DNA from: Asterias rubens
Taxonomy: Eukaryota
Assembly (NCBI RefSeq): GCF_902459465.1
Contig: NC_047076.1
Coordinates: 7,874,001-7,938,000 of the forward strand
Direction of reading: 5' to 3'
DNA: 64,000 nt
In this document: positions 38,001 through 50,908 of the stretch, in pieces
Position numbering within the stretch: position 1 is the first letter of the stretch
Layout: each line of letters starts with the position of its first letter
Notes under the pieces: generated by a model
The model's database searches: none
Seen by the model: the letters and a program-made list of their open reading frames with translations, nothing else
Told to the model about the DNA's origin: nothing
Translations under genes and position numbers: made by a program

Positions 38001-41000
38001 AACTGAGTGTAGAAATAGAAATGGTAGGCAGAGACCCCTAAGCACAGCCACACTTTGTGTCTTGGTCCCAATTTCAGGGGCTTTGCTTTCTGCTTTTTGT
38101 CACTGATTGTTTTGTGTATGTGCTGTACTCGCCACTAATTCAAACCCCACTGTATGTTCTCTACATAGATTATTGTTTCCTGAATTCTGTTCTGTATTAT
38201 TAATTTTTGTTTCTCTATTTGAAAGTTGCATTGATTAAAAAACCTCATTGACTGTGGGTGACATTTCCCAGTGAGTTGACCAACCCTTCGAAAACCCCCC
38301 AACTGAACAGGGCCCAATTTCATGGCTCGTCTTACCGCCAAATTTTGCAGCTTACGAGCAAGGGCTGAGTTTTTGCGCTAGCTGTGTAAGCGTCGAATGC
38401 CTAGTTACATGGAGTGCGCAGAAGCTTAAATTCTCTGCTTACCCGTAAAATATGCTTGAGCAAGGGCTGAATTTTTGCGCTAGCTGTGTAAGCATAGAAT
38501 GCCTAGTTACATGGAGTACGCAAGCGCAGAAGCCAAAATTCTCTGTAGATCACATGATTCTCTGCTTTCGTAAGCATCAATTCTTTGCTGTTTGCTCTAA
38601 GCAGAGCCATGAAATTGGGCCCTCGTTGTGTATGGTGGCACAACTATGCACATCACATGATATCATATTGTATTCTGTCAGAACAACAGTGGATGATACT
38701 GAATAACCCTTTAAAACCATTCAATTGCACAGGTTCTGTATGATGGCATGACCGTGCACAGAACTATCTTGTTTACATGTGTGTACCATGTACATGTAGA
38801 TGCATTCTTATGGTATCATTCACATGAAATCAAATTTCATGTGAATTATTCATGGGATATGAATATGCTTAAGTCATATTCATGAAGGAAAAAATATATG
38901 AATATGTAAGAGTCATATTCATTGGGTATGAGTATACATAGTCATGAATATACTTGAGTCATATTCATGGGACATGAATATGCATGAGTCATATTCATGG
39001 AAAGTGGAACACATGAGTCATATTCATTGGAAATGAATATGCATGAGTCATACTAATGGGGTATGACCAACATGAGTCATGAATATACATGAGTCAAGTT
39101 CATGGCAAATGAAAATGCATGATCCAAATTTATGGTAATGAAATACGTGAGTCTTATTCATTGGAAATGAACATATATATGAGTGAATATTCATTGAATA
39201 TAAACATATGAATATCTATGAGTCATATTTATGGGATATGAAGATGCATGAGTCATAATCATATATCTCCGTAGAAAGTTTTAGATTAAAATATCAAAAC
39301 GTTCATTTTACGACAGGTATAAACTTTGAAGCCCATATGTATAGCTCCTTACTTAGCCAATTATATAGCCCCTTGTAAGGGATTACAAGGCGTTGAGGTA
39401 CAATTTGCAGCCAACCATGCCAGAGACATCATGCCCTTCTCTTAATGATGTGTGAACTGGGTTCAATAACGTGTATTACACAATACACAGGACCTAGGGC
39501 TTTACGTCTCATCCGAGGGACAAAGCAATTAGTGTCTAAGTGTCTTGCTGAAGAGCCATGACTGGGACACGAACCCACACTCTAAACTCAATTTTCTGCA
39601 AACTACACACATGCAGAAAAGTTGCTGAAAACACCCTCTTTGATGTCAGAAGTAAACAGAAGAACAAAAACCGTTTTGTTCCTTGTGCTGTGCATGCTTT
39701 TTCGGTGGTGAATATTCAGACGGAACTTTTTGAAACAATTTTCCCAGGTGAGCCCCCTTTTTTCCTGCAGACATGTCAAAGTGTCTGATTACTTATTCTG
39801 TGTGGTTTAATTATTCTGAATTTTATATTCTCATGACTTTTTTAAAAGTGGTTGTTGTGAGATGTGAATAAATTAAAAACCTGGGGGAAAAAAAAGTATT
39901 TTTACAACCAAGAAGGATTGACAATATCATACTTTCTAAAATTAACAAACACAAATTTGTCGCCTGAACATTAAACAGAAATATTTTCACCAACAACGTA
40001 TCTTAATTTACATGAAACTAATGTTGAACATTGATTTAATGACAGATTAACTTAACATTCTTTGTCCAAGTGTAACATTTAAAATTTTTTTTTTAGTCGC
40101 CCAAACAAGGATAAAAGCCACTCTAGGTAAGGGGCTAGAAGAAGAACATGATTAAACATGGAAATAACTCGGTAGAGCTGGAGGCAGGAATTAATATTCC
40201 TCTTGAAATAAGACTGCTTAATGATAGAAACCAAAGCGGTACTTCTTAAACAAAAATTTCATGTGTTTTTTTATGAAGCAATACATTGTGGAAGGACAAT
40301 CTCATCACCCGCTGTTCATATTTATTCATATTTTTTAGCCACAGAATTCACTGTCAAGCTATTCAAGCTATAGCAATTCGGGAGAGTACACCTCCACACA
40401 GCCAAAGCGTGAACCTCTGCTTTCAGAGTCTTCACGCACATCGGAAAATACGTACAGCTACCAGGGGACGTCGTCGTATCAGGGGACGTCGTCGTACCAG
40501 GGGACATCGTCGTCGCGTCCACTGCCCAGTAAGGCAAACGCCGAGCCTGACAACAGCCCAAGTGTTCAGCAAATGTTTGCAAGTCTGGTGAGCTAAGAAA
40601 CAACTTTAGTTACCATTTTGAGAGAGTAACTTCAATATTCCACTTAACACTGCAATGTGCTGATGAAAGATATTCAAAATATTTAAAGTTGGTTTAAGTA
40701 GTGGGATTGCCTTAGTCTTTATCTTGGATCGAAAATCGTCTAATTTGGATTTTAAGCTTTGCATAGAGGAGAAGTGAAAGTTACTTTCCGAGATGACAAT
40801 CCTGAAATAGTTTCTTCTTAGTGGAAGTAGTGGTTCTGCCTCTGTAAAGCGGATGGGAGTCTCTACACATTTTACCTTTCCATTTCACATTTTCTAGGGT
40901 GAAAGCTATGATATAATCTTTTATTAGTAGAAGGAGTGGTTCTGCTTCTGTGAAGCAGATGAGACCCAAGTCTCTACATTTCAGAACTTTCCATTTCAGA

Positions 41001-44000
41001 TGGTGCTTTTTCCATTTGTCAAAGACCGAACATTTCTTTTGGAGTAGAGTTTTTACCTGGTTAACGCTTTAGTATCCTCAACATTCAATACGATACAAAT
41101 ATTAATTGATTTACTAGTAGATCTAACATCAAAACTTTAGTCAATCCCACTGCTGCCACCACTTTAATGGATTGCATTTGATGTAGAGGTCCGGTAGAGG
41201 TAAATTTACATGGTTGTCGACCTTAACTTGGCATCCTCAACCTTCTATATCATACAAATATTAGTTGACGCGCTAGCAGATCCATCATCCAGACTTTAGT
41301 CAATCCCACTCTGCCACCACTTTGATGCAGGAAAGAACTGCATTGGTAGTTACTTAAGTAGTAAAGGAAGGGAACACACACTGACAGATGTTTTCATGTT
41401 TGCTCCTCACTACCCTGCAGTCCAATTCAATGATTGCCAATGAGGCCGATGCCAAGCTTGCCAAGCAGGTAACAGACACACTGACCAAGGCTCTGATGTC
41501 GTATGAGAATAAAGGAGGGGAGAGTAATGTAAGTCAGTAGGGATTCCCTTGAGTGGGGTTTACATGCATTGTTGCATCGGCCAGGTCTGCTTTCTTCTTA
41601 AAAATAACTTATTGTATTTTTTAGTTAAAAAAATAAAAATCAATAAACTGCAGTATCAGTCCTTGTTTTTTAAATTTATTGTTGTATGAATTATCAAAAA
41701 TAAAAGTGTATTTTTACATAACAAATAGTCCTGCATCCAATTTTACCAGTGGCTAAAATGCCCATTGAAATGATAAATTAAATGAAAACATTATTTGTAG
41801 ATGTGGAATATGCTCTTGTGTTCACTTCCTAAGGGGTTTTAAAAGGGCTCTAAAGGGTTACATTTGCACCCGATTTGTGCCACAATCATAGAGTGAGCTC
41901 TGTCTTCTGCTTGATAAGTGTATTGTGTTCCTTGCATTTTCTCATCTTAACGATGAAGCGATTGGTCAAGCTGCTTCTTATACAACACAAGTGCCACTAC
42001 TGGGGTCAGCAGCCGATTGCACAAAGCGCATCGATAAATCCGATCTTGAGTTAGGACGAGTAACCTGCCTAACTTTAGGATGGGTTCAATTTGTCCTAGC
42101 GTCTATAGTTACAGAACTTAACTCTTCCAAAGTCCTAAGATTAATCCTAAGTTAGGAAGAGTTTGGTGAAATCGACGGCTGGTCCCAGTACAACTATGGT
42201 CTGAAGCTGAATTTCACAAAGAGCAAAATTTGCCTTGCAAAGTGTGATGTAATACAAATGTGGCAATATTGACAATTCATCTTAAGATAAATCTAAGTGC
42301 TTTGTGAAACTGGTTTCACCAAGCACTTAAAAACACCTAAAGATTAGATATTGCTTACAGGTTTTGTATATTGTGACTTAACACTTTCAAGTAAGATTGA
42401 TACACTTATGGTCAATCTGAGCTTTTTGCAACACTACTCTTTAGGTTGTTGTGACCGACCCATATTTCCTATTAATGTATGCGATGAAATATTATCACTG
42501 CACATGGTCGTATTGACAATGAGATACAACCTTGTTGCAAGAGGTTTCATAGTTGTCACAAGGTCATACAACGTGATATGACCTTGTTGCAACAGTTCTA
42601 TTTGCCACAAGGTCATACAACGTGATATGACCTTGTTGCAACAGTTCTAATTGTCACAAGGTCATACAACGTGATATGACCTTGTTGCAACAGCTCTTTT
42701 TGCCACAAGGTCATACAACTTGATATGACCTTGTTGCAACAGTTGTAATTGCCACAAGGTCATACAATATATGACCTTGTTGCAACAGCTCTATTTGCCA
42801 CAAGGTCATACAACTTGATATGACATTGTTGCAACAGTTGTAATTGCCACAAGGTCATACACCGTGATGTGACCTTGTTGCAACAGTTGTGATTATCATA
42901 AGGTCATACAACGTGGTATGACCTTGTTGCAACAGTTGTAATTGCCACAAGGTCATACAATATATGACCTTGTTGTAATAGTTGTAATTGCCACAAGGTC
43001 ATACAACTTGATATGACCTTGTTGCAACAGTTGTAATTGCCACAAGGTCATACAATATATGACCTTGTTGCAACAGCTCTATTTGCCACAAGGTCATACA
43101 ACTTGATATGACATTGTTGCAACAGTTGCAATTGCCACAAGGTCATACACCATGATGTGACCTTGTTGCAACAGTTGTGATTATCATAAGGTCATACAAC
43201 GTGGTATGACCTTGTTGCAACAGTTGTAATTGCCACAAGGTCATACAATATATGACCTTGTTGCAATAGTTGTAATTGTCCCTTACAAGGTTTCTGTCCT
43301 TTATGTAAATATAAGAATTTCGTACGTGCATTCTTACATTTGTTTATGTTCTGGTTCTGCTGGTTTCCCTTTTCTGTAATCTTGTTTTCTGATCTGTCCA
43401 TTGTGTTGGTTTATGTGTGTCTTCTGTATTCAGTTGATTGTTATTTAACTCAAGTTATAAACCACAAGGGAAACTTTTGGGTTGAAAAAAGAAAATTTGG
43501 ACATGAACCAGAGAGCTCTGGATTAACAAGTCGGTGCACTACCAAGTTGCAACTGAGCTATCTAGCCCTAATTGTAGCAGTCTGCATATTTTATCAATAT
43601 CTTTGTGCCAGTCGGAACCCATTCAATCTGTAACTGCCGTATAGGCGAGGATCACACCCAGGTTTATGATACAACCAACCTGGAAAGTGGCAAGATCACC
43701 TCAAAGGAACACGTTGCCCTGGATCGGTCGAGTTGGTCTTTGAAAAGCATTTCAAACCCATTTTTTAAGAAATGCATATGATTAGATAGATGATTTAAAA
43801 GAAGATTGACTCGATAAAATGGCCAACCATGTTAGTTCGCGACGTAAAAAGAAAACCATGCAATTTTGAGGAATGTTTGTGTGGATCATTATATTCTGCT
43901 GTAATTTATCTATCAATATGCATTTCATAACAAACGGTTAAACGCTGTTCAAAGACCAACTCGTCCGATTCAAGGCCCTGGTCCCTTTACTGGGTGTGAC

Positions 44001-44287
44001 TCTTTATTTGGAACACCAAGTAAACCACAGAGGAAACTGACCAAGTAAACTTGTAATTAAACTCAGTTTGAACACCAAATTTGTTATTTTTTTATTATCA
44101 ATCTGCCCATCTGACATCAAATTAATGCATGTACTTCAAAATCAGAGACCAAATTATAAAGGAGTTATTGATTTTCCGGTTGTTTTCTTTGCAGTTGCCC
44201 GAGCCTAGCCGTAGGTATGGAGAAATGTTGCCGCCTGCCCAAAGATCACAGTATGACCGTCCTTCTGTAGGTTACAGTAGGTTATAG
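26050..44287 (+). CDS. RGG/Gly-rich protein with two C2H2-type zinc fingers (U1/matrin-like and CG7065-like), 827 aa; exons 26050-26592, 27308-27376, 28832-28856, 31806-31925, 32547-32680, 33633-33876, 34634-35203, 35800-35968, 37223-37382, 40339-40587, 41421-41528, 44195-44287
   Basis: Twelve GT-AG exons with consistent phases give 2484 nt of open frame. ZnF1 is YWCKICNAKTTGPSNYRQHMNGVRHQQ and ZnF2 is IGVEYVTEI…YDCEICTC…HLTGFRHRFAFI. The C-terminal IANEADAKLAKQVTDTLTKAL motif resembles uncharacterised CG7065-like proteins, and there are two RGG repeat blocks. Confidence 0.85.
32771..33258. mobile_element. Second TTAA-flanked MITE family (GGGTACTTTTTG…CAAAAAGTACCC), with a 127-bp insertion; related copy at ~26878-27228
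   Basis: Inverted ends GGGTACTTTTTGTAACACAAAACACAATGTC / GACATTGTGTTTTGTGTCCTACAAAAAGTACCC…CTTTAA. A similar left end, TTAAAGGGTTTGGATACTTTTTG, occurs at 26878. Confidence 0.6.
32812..32938 (-). mobile_element. 127-bp insertion ending in a tRNA(GTT)-like module, with a 7-bp TSD CAATGTC; longer relative at ~43480-43700
   Basis: Minus strand reads …GCTAGATAGCTCAGTTGGTAGAGCGCCGGCACGTTAATCCGGAGGTCGTTGGTTCAAATTCCACTCTAG…CTCAAAAA. The TSD is at 32805-32811 and 32939-32945. Confidence 0.65.
34699..35060 (+). repeat. 30-bp coding tandem repeat (GGRGGAGSFA) x ~11
   Basis: GGAGGTCGTGGTGGTGCCGGTAGCTTTGCT units, in frame within exon 34634-35203. Confidence 0.95.
35528..35718. mobile_element. Harbinger-like MITE (GGCCCAATTTCATAGAGCTGCTTAAGC family)
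   Basis: Inverted ends are present. Related copies lie at ~22830-22935, 38311-38621, 44940-45180, 46270-46460, 46712-47275, 49270-49400 and 62190-62517, several with CTG/CAG flanks. Confidence 0.65.
36015..36325. mobile_element. Head-to-head pair of tRNA-derived SINE copies (family B); single copies at ~3290-3420 (+), 16450-16590 (-), 53750-53870 (+) and 60880-60960 (-); second head-to-head pair at ~55640-55822
   Basis: GGGTTCGAATCCCACCCGAG B-box plus a GGAAAGTACTGAGTATACAGTGCTTACACACATCGGTGTATGGG body on both strands around ~36160. Confidence 0.7.
38311..38621. mobile_element. Harbinger-like MITE with an internal ~100-bp duplication
   Basis: CAG|GGCCCAATTTCATGGC…GCCATGAAATTGGGCC; GAGCAAGGGCTGA…ACATGGAGT occurs twice. 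Confidence 0.65.
38815..39262. repeat. Degenerate ~31-bp ATGAGTCATATTCATGG…GAATATGC minisatellite
   Basis: Repeated CATGAGTCATATTCAT motifs with self-complementary halves. Confidence 0.8.
42522..43290. repeat. 46/49-bp hairpin minisatellite, ~15 copies
   Basis: Unit ATGACCTTGTTGCAACAGTTGTAATTGCCACAAGGTCATACAACTTGAT. Confidence 0.95.
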
Positions 44288-44305
44288 TAATCTGGGGGTA
44301 AATAT

Positions 44306-44902
44306 GGGTACACTGCATACAAACTAGTAAGGCCTAGTGGGTATAACTGGGTTTACTGTAAGGGAATGGGTGCAAGGCCTTACTTGGAATGGGCTTAACT
44401 GGGTACACTGCATACAAACTAGTAAGGCCTAGTGGGTATAACTGGGTTTACTGTAAGGGAATGGGTGCAAGGCCTTACTTGGAATGGGCTTAACTGGGTA
44501 CACTGCATACAAACTAGTAAGGCCTAGTGGGTATAACTGGGTTTACTGTAAGGCGAGGGCGAGCAAGGGTTGTAGTGTTTAGATTGGTCACTACACATCT
44601 TGCTGAAGTACTCTGGGTTAAACTGCCTACATTATGGTGTTAATGCAGTTTAAGGGAATGGGTGCAAGGCCTTACTTGGAATTGGCTCAACTGGGTATTC
44701 TTTACTCATCAATGTGGGTAAGTAATAGGTATATCTGGGTACCCCACTACACATCTTGCTGAAGTACTCTGGGTTAAACTGCCTACATTATGATGTTAAT
44801 GCAGTTTAAGGGAATGGGTGCAAGGCCTTACTTGGAATGGGCTCAACTGGGTATTCTTTACTCATCAATGTGGGTAAGTAATGGGTATATCTGGGTACCC
44901 CA
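44306..44902. repeat. 95-bp tandem repeat (~2.6x, 44306-44553) followed by a related 155-bp duplication (44590-44902)
   Basis: GGGTACACTG at 44306, 44401 and 44496; CACTACACATCTTGCTGAAG at 44590 and 44745; both share AAGGGAATGGGTGCAAGGCCTTACTTGGAAT. Confidence 0.9.
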
Positions 44903-44939
44903 CTTCACTTCTTTACATTTGGTTCCTCGCTATATACTG

Positions 44940-45180
44940 GGCCCAATTTCATAGAGCTGCTTAAGCACAAAATTTTGCTTAAGCAAAAAAATCCTTGCTT
45001 AGTGAATTCAGATTACCGGCCAAGACTCTACTCAATTGTTATGCCAAGTAAAAAACAGCTAAATACCAGTCACAAGCAATGTATATGGCATGAAATTTTG
45101 GCCAGTAACATGTGAAAAACAAGCGGGCTATTTTCGTGCTTAAGCAAATTCTTTGCTTAAGCAGCTCCATGAAATTGGCC
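44940..45180. mobile_element. Harbinger-like MITE
   Basis: CTG|GGCCCAATTTCATAGAGCTGCTTAAGC…GCTTAAGCAGCTCCATGAAATTGGCC. Confidence 0.7.
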
Positions 45181-46731
45181 CCTGGCCTAGTACACCTTTG
45201 ATTAGATGGTGTTTTTTAAATATGAAGTTACCAAGTGACCAAAGTGTTAATGATAGAAACCTATTCCATGTACATGAAATGATTGCCTATATAGTATCCT
45301 TGGTACCTCTAGGTATATTAAATGTAAAAAGGCACAAATGGGTTCCCTGTTGACCAAAAAAACCCAAAAGATACATCAAGACATGATTGTCAATATTTCC
45401 TTTATTTTATTTACTTAAAACCATTTGTATGACATGATTAAGTGGAATGCTGTTGAATTTGCTTTTTTTCTGAGTTTAAATAAAGGCAAGCAAACCAGCA
45501 GATTGGGTAAAAAATAACATTGGAAACAAGCTTTGCCTTTTTATTGTACAGTGATAAGTAAGATGATCTGCAGAAATTAAAATAGTTTTAACTTAAAAGC
45601 TCATGTCAAAAACAGGTTATGGTTATAACTGAACGCCAATATCCGCACTTTAAACACTTTATTGTTTAGCTCTTCACTTTGGTCAAATTGTTTTTGAGTA
45701 ACTCGATCAAGTGTTTTTAAAATGTCTATTCTATTATCAACAACAAAGCTCAAACTGTTGTTTGTATTTATTTGTTCGTATGAGCCGACTAAAAGATTGC
45801 ATTGAAACCAGGGCTGAAGCAGAAATTATTGGGGAACCAGTCACAAACACCATACCACTACTTCATTTTGGCTAGTAACTTGTTTCCCTCATGGTTCGCA
45901 TGGTTTTTTTCTGAATCCAGATATTTTCTCAAAACATTCTTGAAAGAAGAAAAACAGTCACTAAAGTGAGATAAAAAAGGTCCACATTGTGACTAAACCG
46001 GTAGCTTCGTTTTTCTGGTGATTCACAGATTTTGTAAACCTCCTGTATTGTAACATCTGTGAGATTCTATGTCTAGAATAAGGGGGAACCCAGGTCAGCA
46101 AGCCATATCCGTGACTTTTCAGAGTAATTAAATCTCATCCCTTTTCAAAGCAAGGTTTTTTCTGTGCTAAGCATTTTATTGTGATCAACCATTTTTTTAA
46201 TTTAAACTTTGCACTTAGTTTTAACATGTTTTTATTTTAACTAGCTGAAACTATTGCTTTGTCTACAAGTCTACAGGGTTTGATTTATAGAGCTCCTGAA
46301 AAAATAAATGTTTAGTTAAGTTGTCTGCTTAGCAAAAATTTGCCAGCCAGTATACACTACCATGGTATTTTGGCTGGAAACCTGTTTCTGCCATTGAAGC
46401 AAGATTTTGCTACGCAAAGCAAATTTGCACGCTAAAGCAGCTCTATAAAGTTGACCCACAGATTTTTTTTTTTAGAGTTCTCTCCACAATGTATCCTGTT
46501 TTTGTATTCATGTGCATGGTTCCCTGTTAGACTATATTTATGTGTTTGTAAAGATGAGAGCTGAGACCAATAAAAATTCATGTTTTTACATTTTGGGTAT
46601 TTCTGATGGTGATTTAAATATTTGGAGATAAGCATCTTTGAATGCCCTTGGGGATTTCTGTTTAGGCAAATTTATTGAAGATATGTAGCTACCCTACCAT
46701 ACCTTTTCTTGGCCCAATTTCATAAAGCTGC

Positions 46732-47112
46732 TTAAAGGCAGTGGACACTATTGGGAATTACTCAAAATTATTATTAGCATAAAACCTTACTTGGTAACGA
46801 GTAATTGGGAGAGGTTGATAGTATAAAACATTGTGAGAAACAGCTCCCTCTGAAGTGATGTAGTTTTCGAGAAAGAAGTATTTTTCCGCGAACTTGATTT
46901 CGAGACCTCCGATTTAGAATTTGAGGTCCCCAAATCAAGCATCTGAAAGCACACAACTTCATGTGACAACGGTGTTTTTTCTTTCATTATTGCAACTTTG
47001 ACGACCAATGTAGCCCAAATTTTCACAGGTTTGGTTTTTTTATGCATAAGTTGAAATACACCAAGTGAGAAGACTAGTCTTTGACAATTACCAATAGTGT
47101 CCAGTTTCTTAA
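46732..47112 (-). mobile_element. Kolobok/T2-like MITE family A nested in a Harbinger-like MITE
   Basis: Inserted at the TTAA of the host's GAGCTGCTTAAGCAG arm, with TTAA duplicated on both sides. Confidence 0.85.
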
Positions 47113-47310
47113 AGCAGAAAATAAAAAAATATTGCTAATCATTTTTTTGCTCAGCAAAACTAAGAAATTTGTACATGTAACAATGCCATTTTAGCTGGAA
47201 ACCCTTTTCTGTTTAACATAATTTTGTTGGGGTTGGCAAACTTTTTGTGCGGAAGCAGCTGTATGAAATTGGTCGACTTTTTCTGGGCCCTTTCCAGTAA
47301 GGGAAAATTA

Positions 47311-49682
<2,372 letters not shown>

Positions 49683-50734
49683 TCAGATTAATCCAGCTTA
49701 GAATTTCACAAAATATATCTGAAAAAAGTTGCGATATAACCCACCTTCCTCTCTCGTCTGTGTCAGAAGGATGGAGGGTTATGGTAGCGCAATATCCCCA
49801 AATATAATTTAAAAACAAAAGAAGAAATATTTTAGGGCCTGTAAAAATATTTCATTTTTGGGTCATTACCAAAGTATTATAGTTTTGTTATATTATCATA
49901 CCTAAAGTCACTTCACTTACATCGTTAAAATAAGGAAGTAAGCTTCAAATTAATCATTCAAATAATAAAACAAACAACAAACCAAAGCAAAGTGAAAGTC
50001 TCAACGATGGGTGAGTTGTTTAAAGCTCATGTGATGTTGGCTTCACCATGGCTTCACTCTGTCCCTGCCCCTTCCCGCTTTCATTGCCTTTCTTTTGCAA
50101 GACCTTTCAAAAATGACAGCAACACCTTAAAAATTAAATTTCAAGATTTAGTTAAAGATGCTATGTCAGTTTTTTGGCCAATTTGACCCAACAATTTTGA
50201 TTTGAAATTCAATAGGTATTTTGATGGGGGGGTCGAGAAAGTTACAAGCTTTCATTTGAGCCATTGCCCGAAAAAGTCCGCCATTTATTAGTAGCAGTGA
50301 AATAAAGGGCTCAAAATTAGTTTTTGTCGGGATCCCGACAATTATATCACGTGACCAATTCTTATGTGTTTTATAAGAAATGTTTTAAATTTTGTCATGG
50401 TTCCTAACCATTAAAAGTCAAAGTTAATTTTTTTCCGTTAGAGCGGGTGATACTCTTTGAAATACCATTCACTCAAAAAATTCAATTTTTTAATGTTTGG
50501 GGCCAAAAATCTGACATAGCATCTTTAAAAACTTTTAAGGTGTGAGTGTTGCTGTCATTTTTGAAAGATCTTGCAAAGAAAGGCAATAAAAGGGGGAAGG
50601 GCAGGGACATAGTGAAGCCAACATCACATGAGCTATAAATAACTTTGAAGTTAAACATCAAGTTAAAAATCAAGGACTAAAGTCACTGTTCACAAATGTA
50701 TTCGCTTCCAATCAATATCATAATTAGCGTTTAC

Positions 50735-50908
50735 CTGTGTTTACAGCTTCGACGCCCAGCTGACTGGTACTGCTGTCAGGTGACTGTATTCCGTTCACGT
50801 GAGCCATACCTAAAGATTGACATGAGACCTAACGCGATTGGTCAAGAAGGAAAGAGGCCACCAATCAAAATTATTGTACTTAAGTGGCTTGTCTAAGGTT
50901 CAGGTAAG
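50735..50908. promoter_or_regulatory. Bidirectional promoter shared by DCAKD and RBM48, including a probable DCAKD non-coding exon 1 (donor at plus 50733-50734, acceptor at 49677-49678)
   Basis: The genes are head-to-head. Two CCAAT/ATTGG boxes (~50837, ~50860) and an AAGATGGCGG YY1-like motif overlap the RBM48 ATG. The minus strand has an ACACAG|GTAAAC donor. Confidence 0.6.

Noticed and set aside
42522-43290. CRISPR-like appearance of palindromic repeats (also 21738-22210)
   Set aside because: Units are contiguous with no unique spacers, there are no cas genes, and the context is a eukaryotic intron or UTR.
44285-44400. Stop-codon readthrough extension of the zinc-finger gene
   Set aside because: The double stop TAG-TAA and the downstream frame lying in a tandem repeat argue against it.
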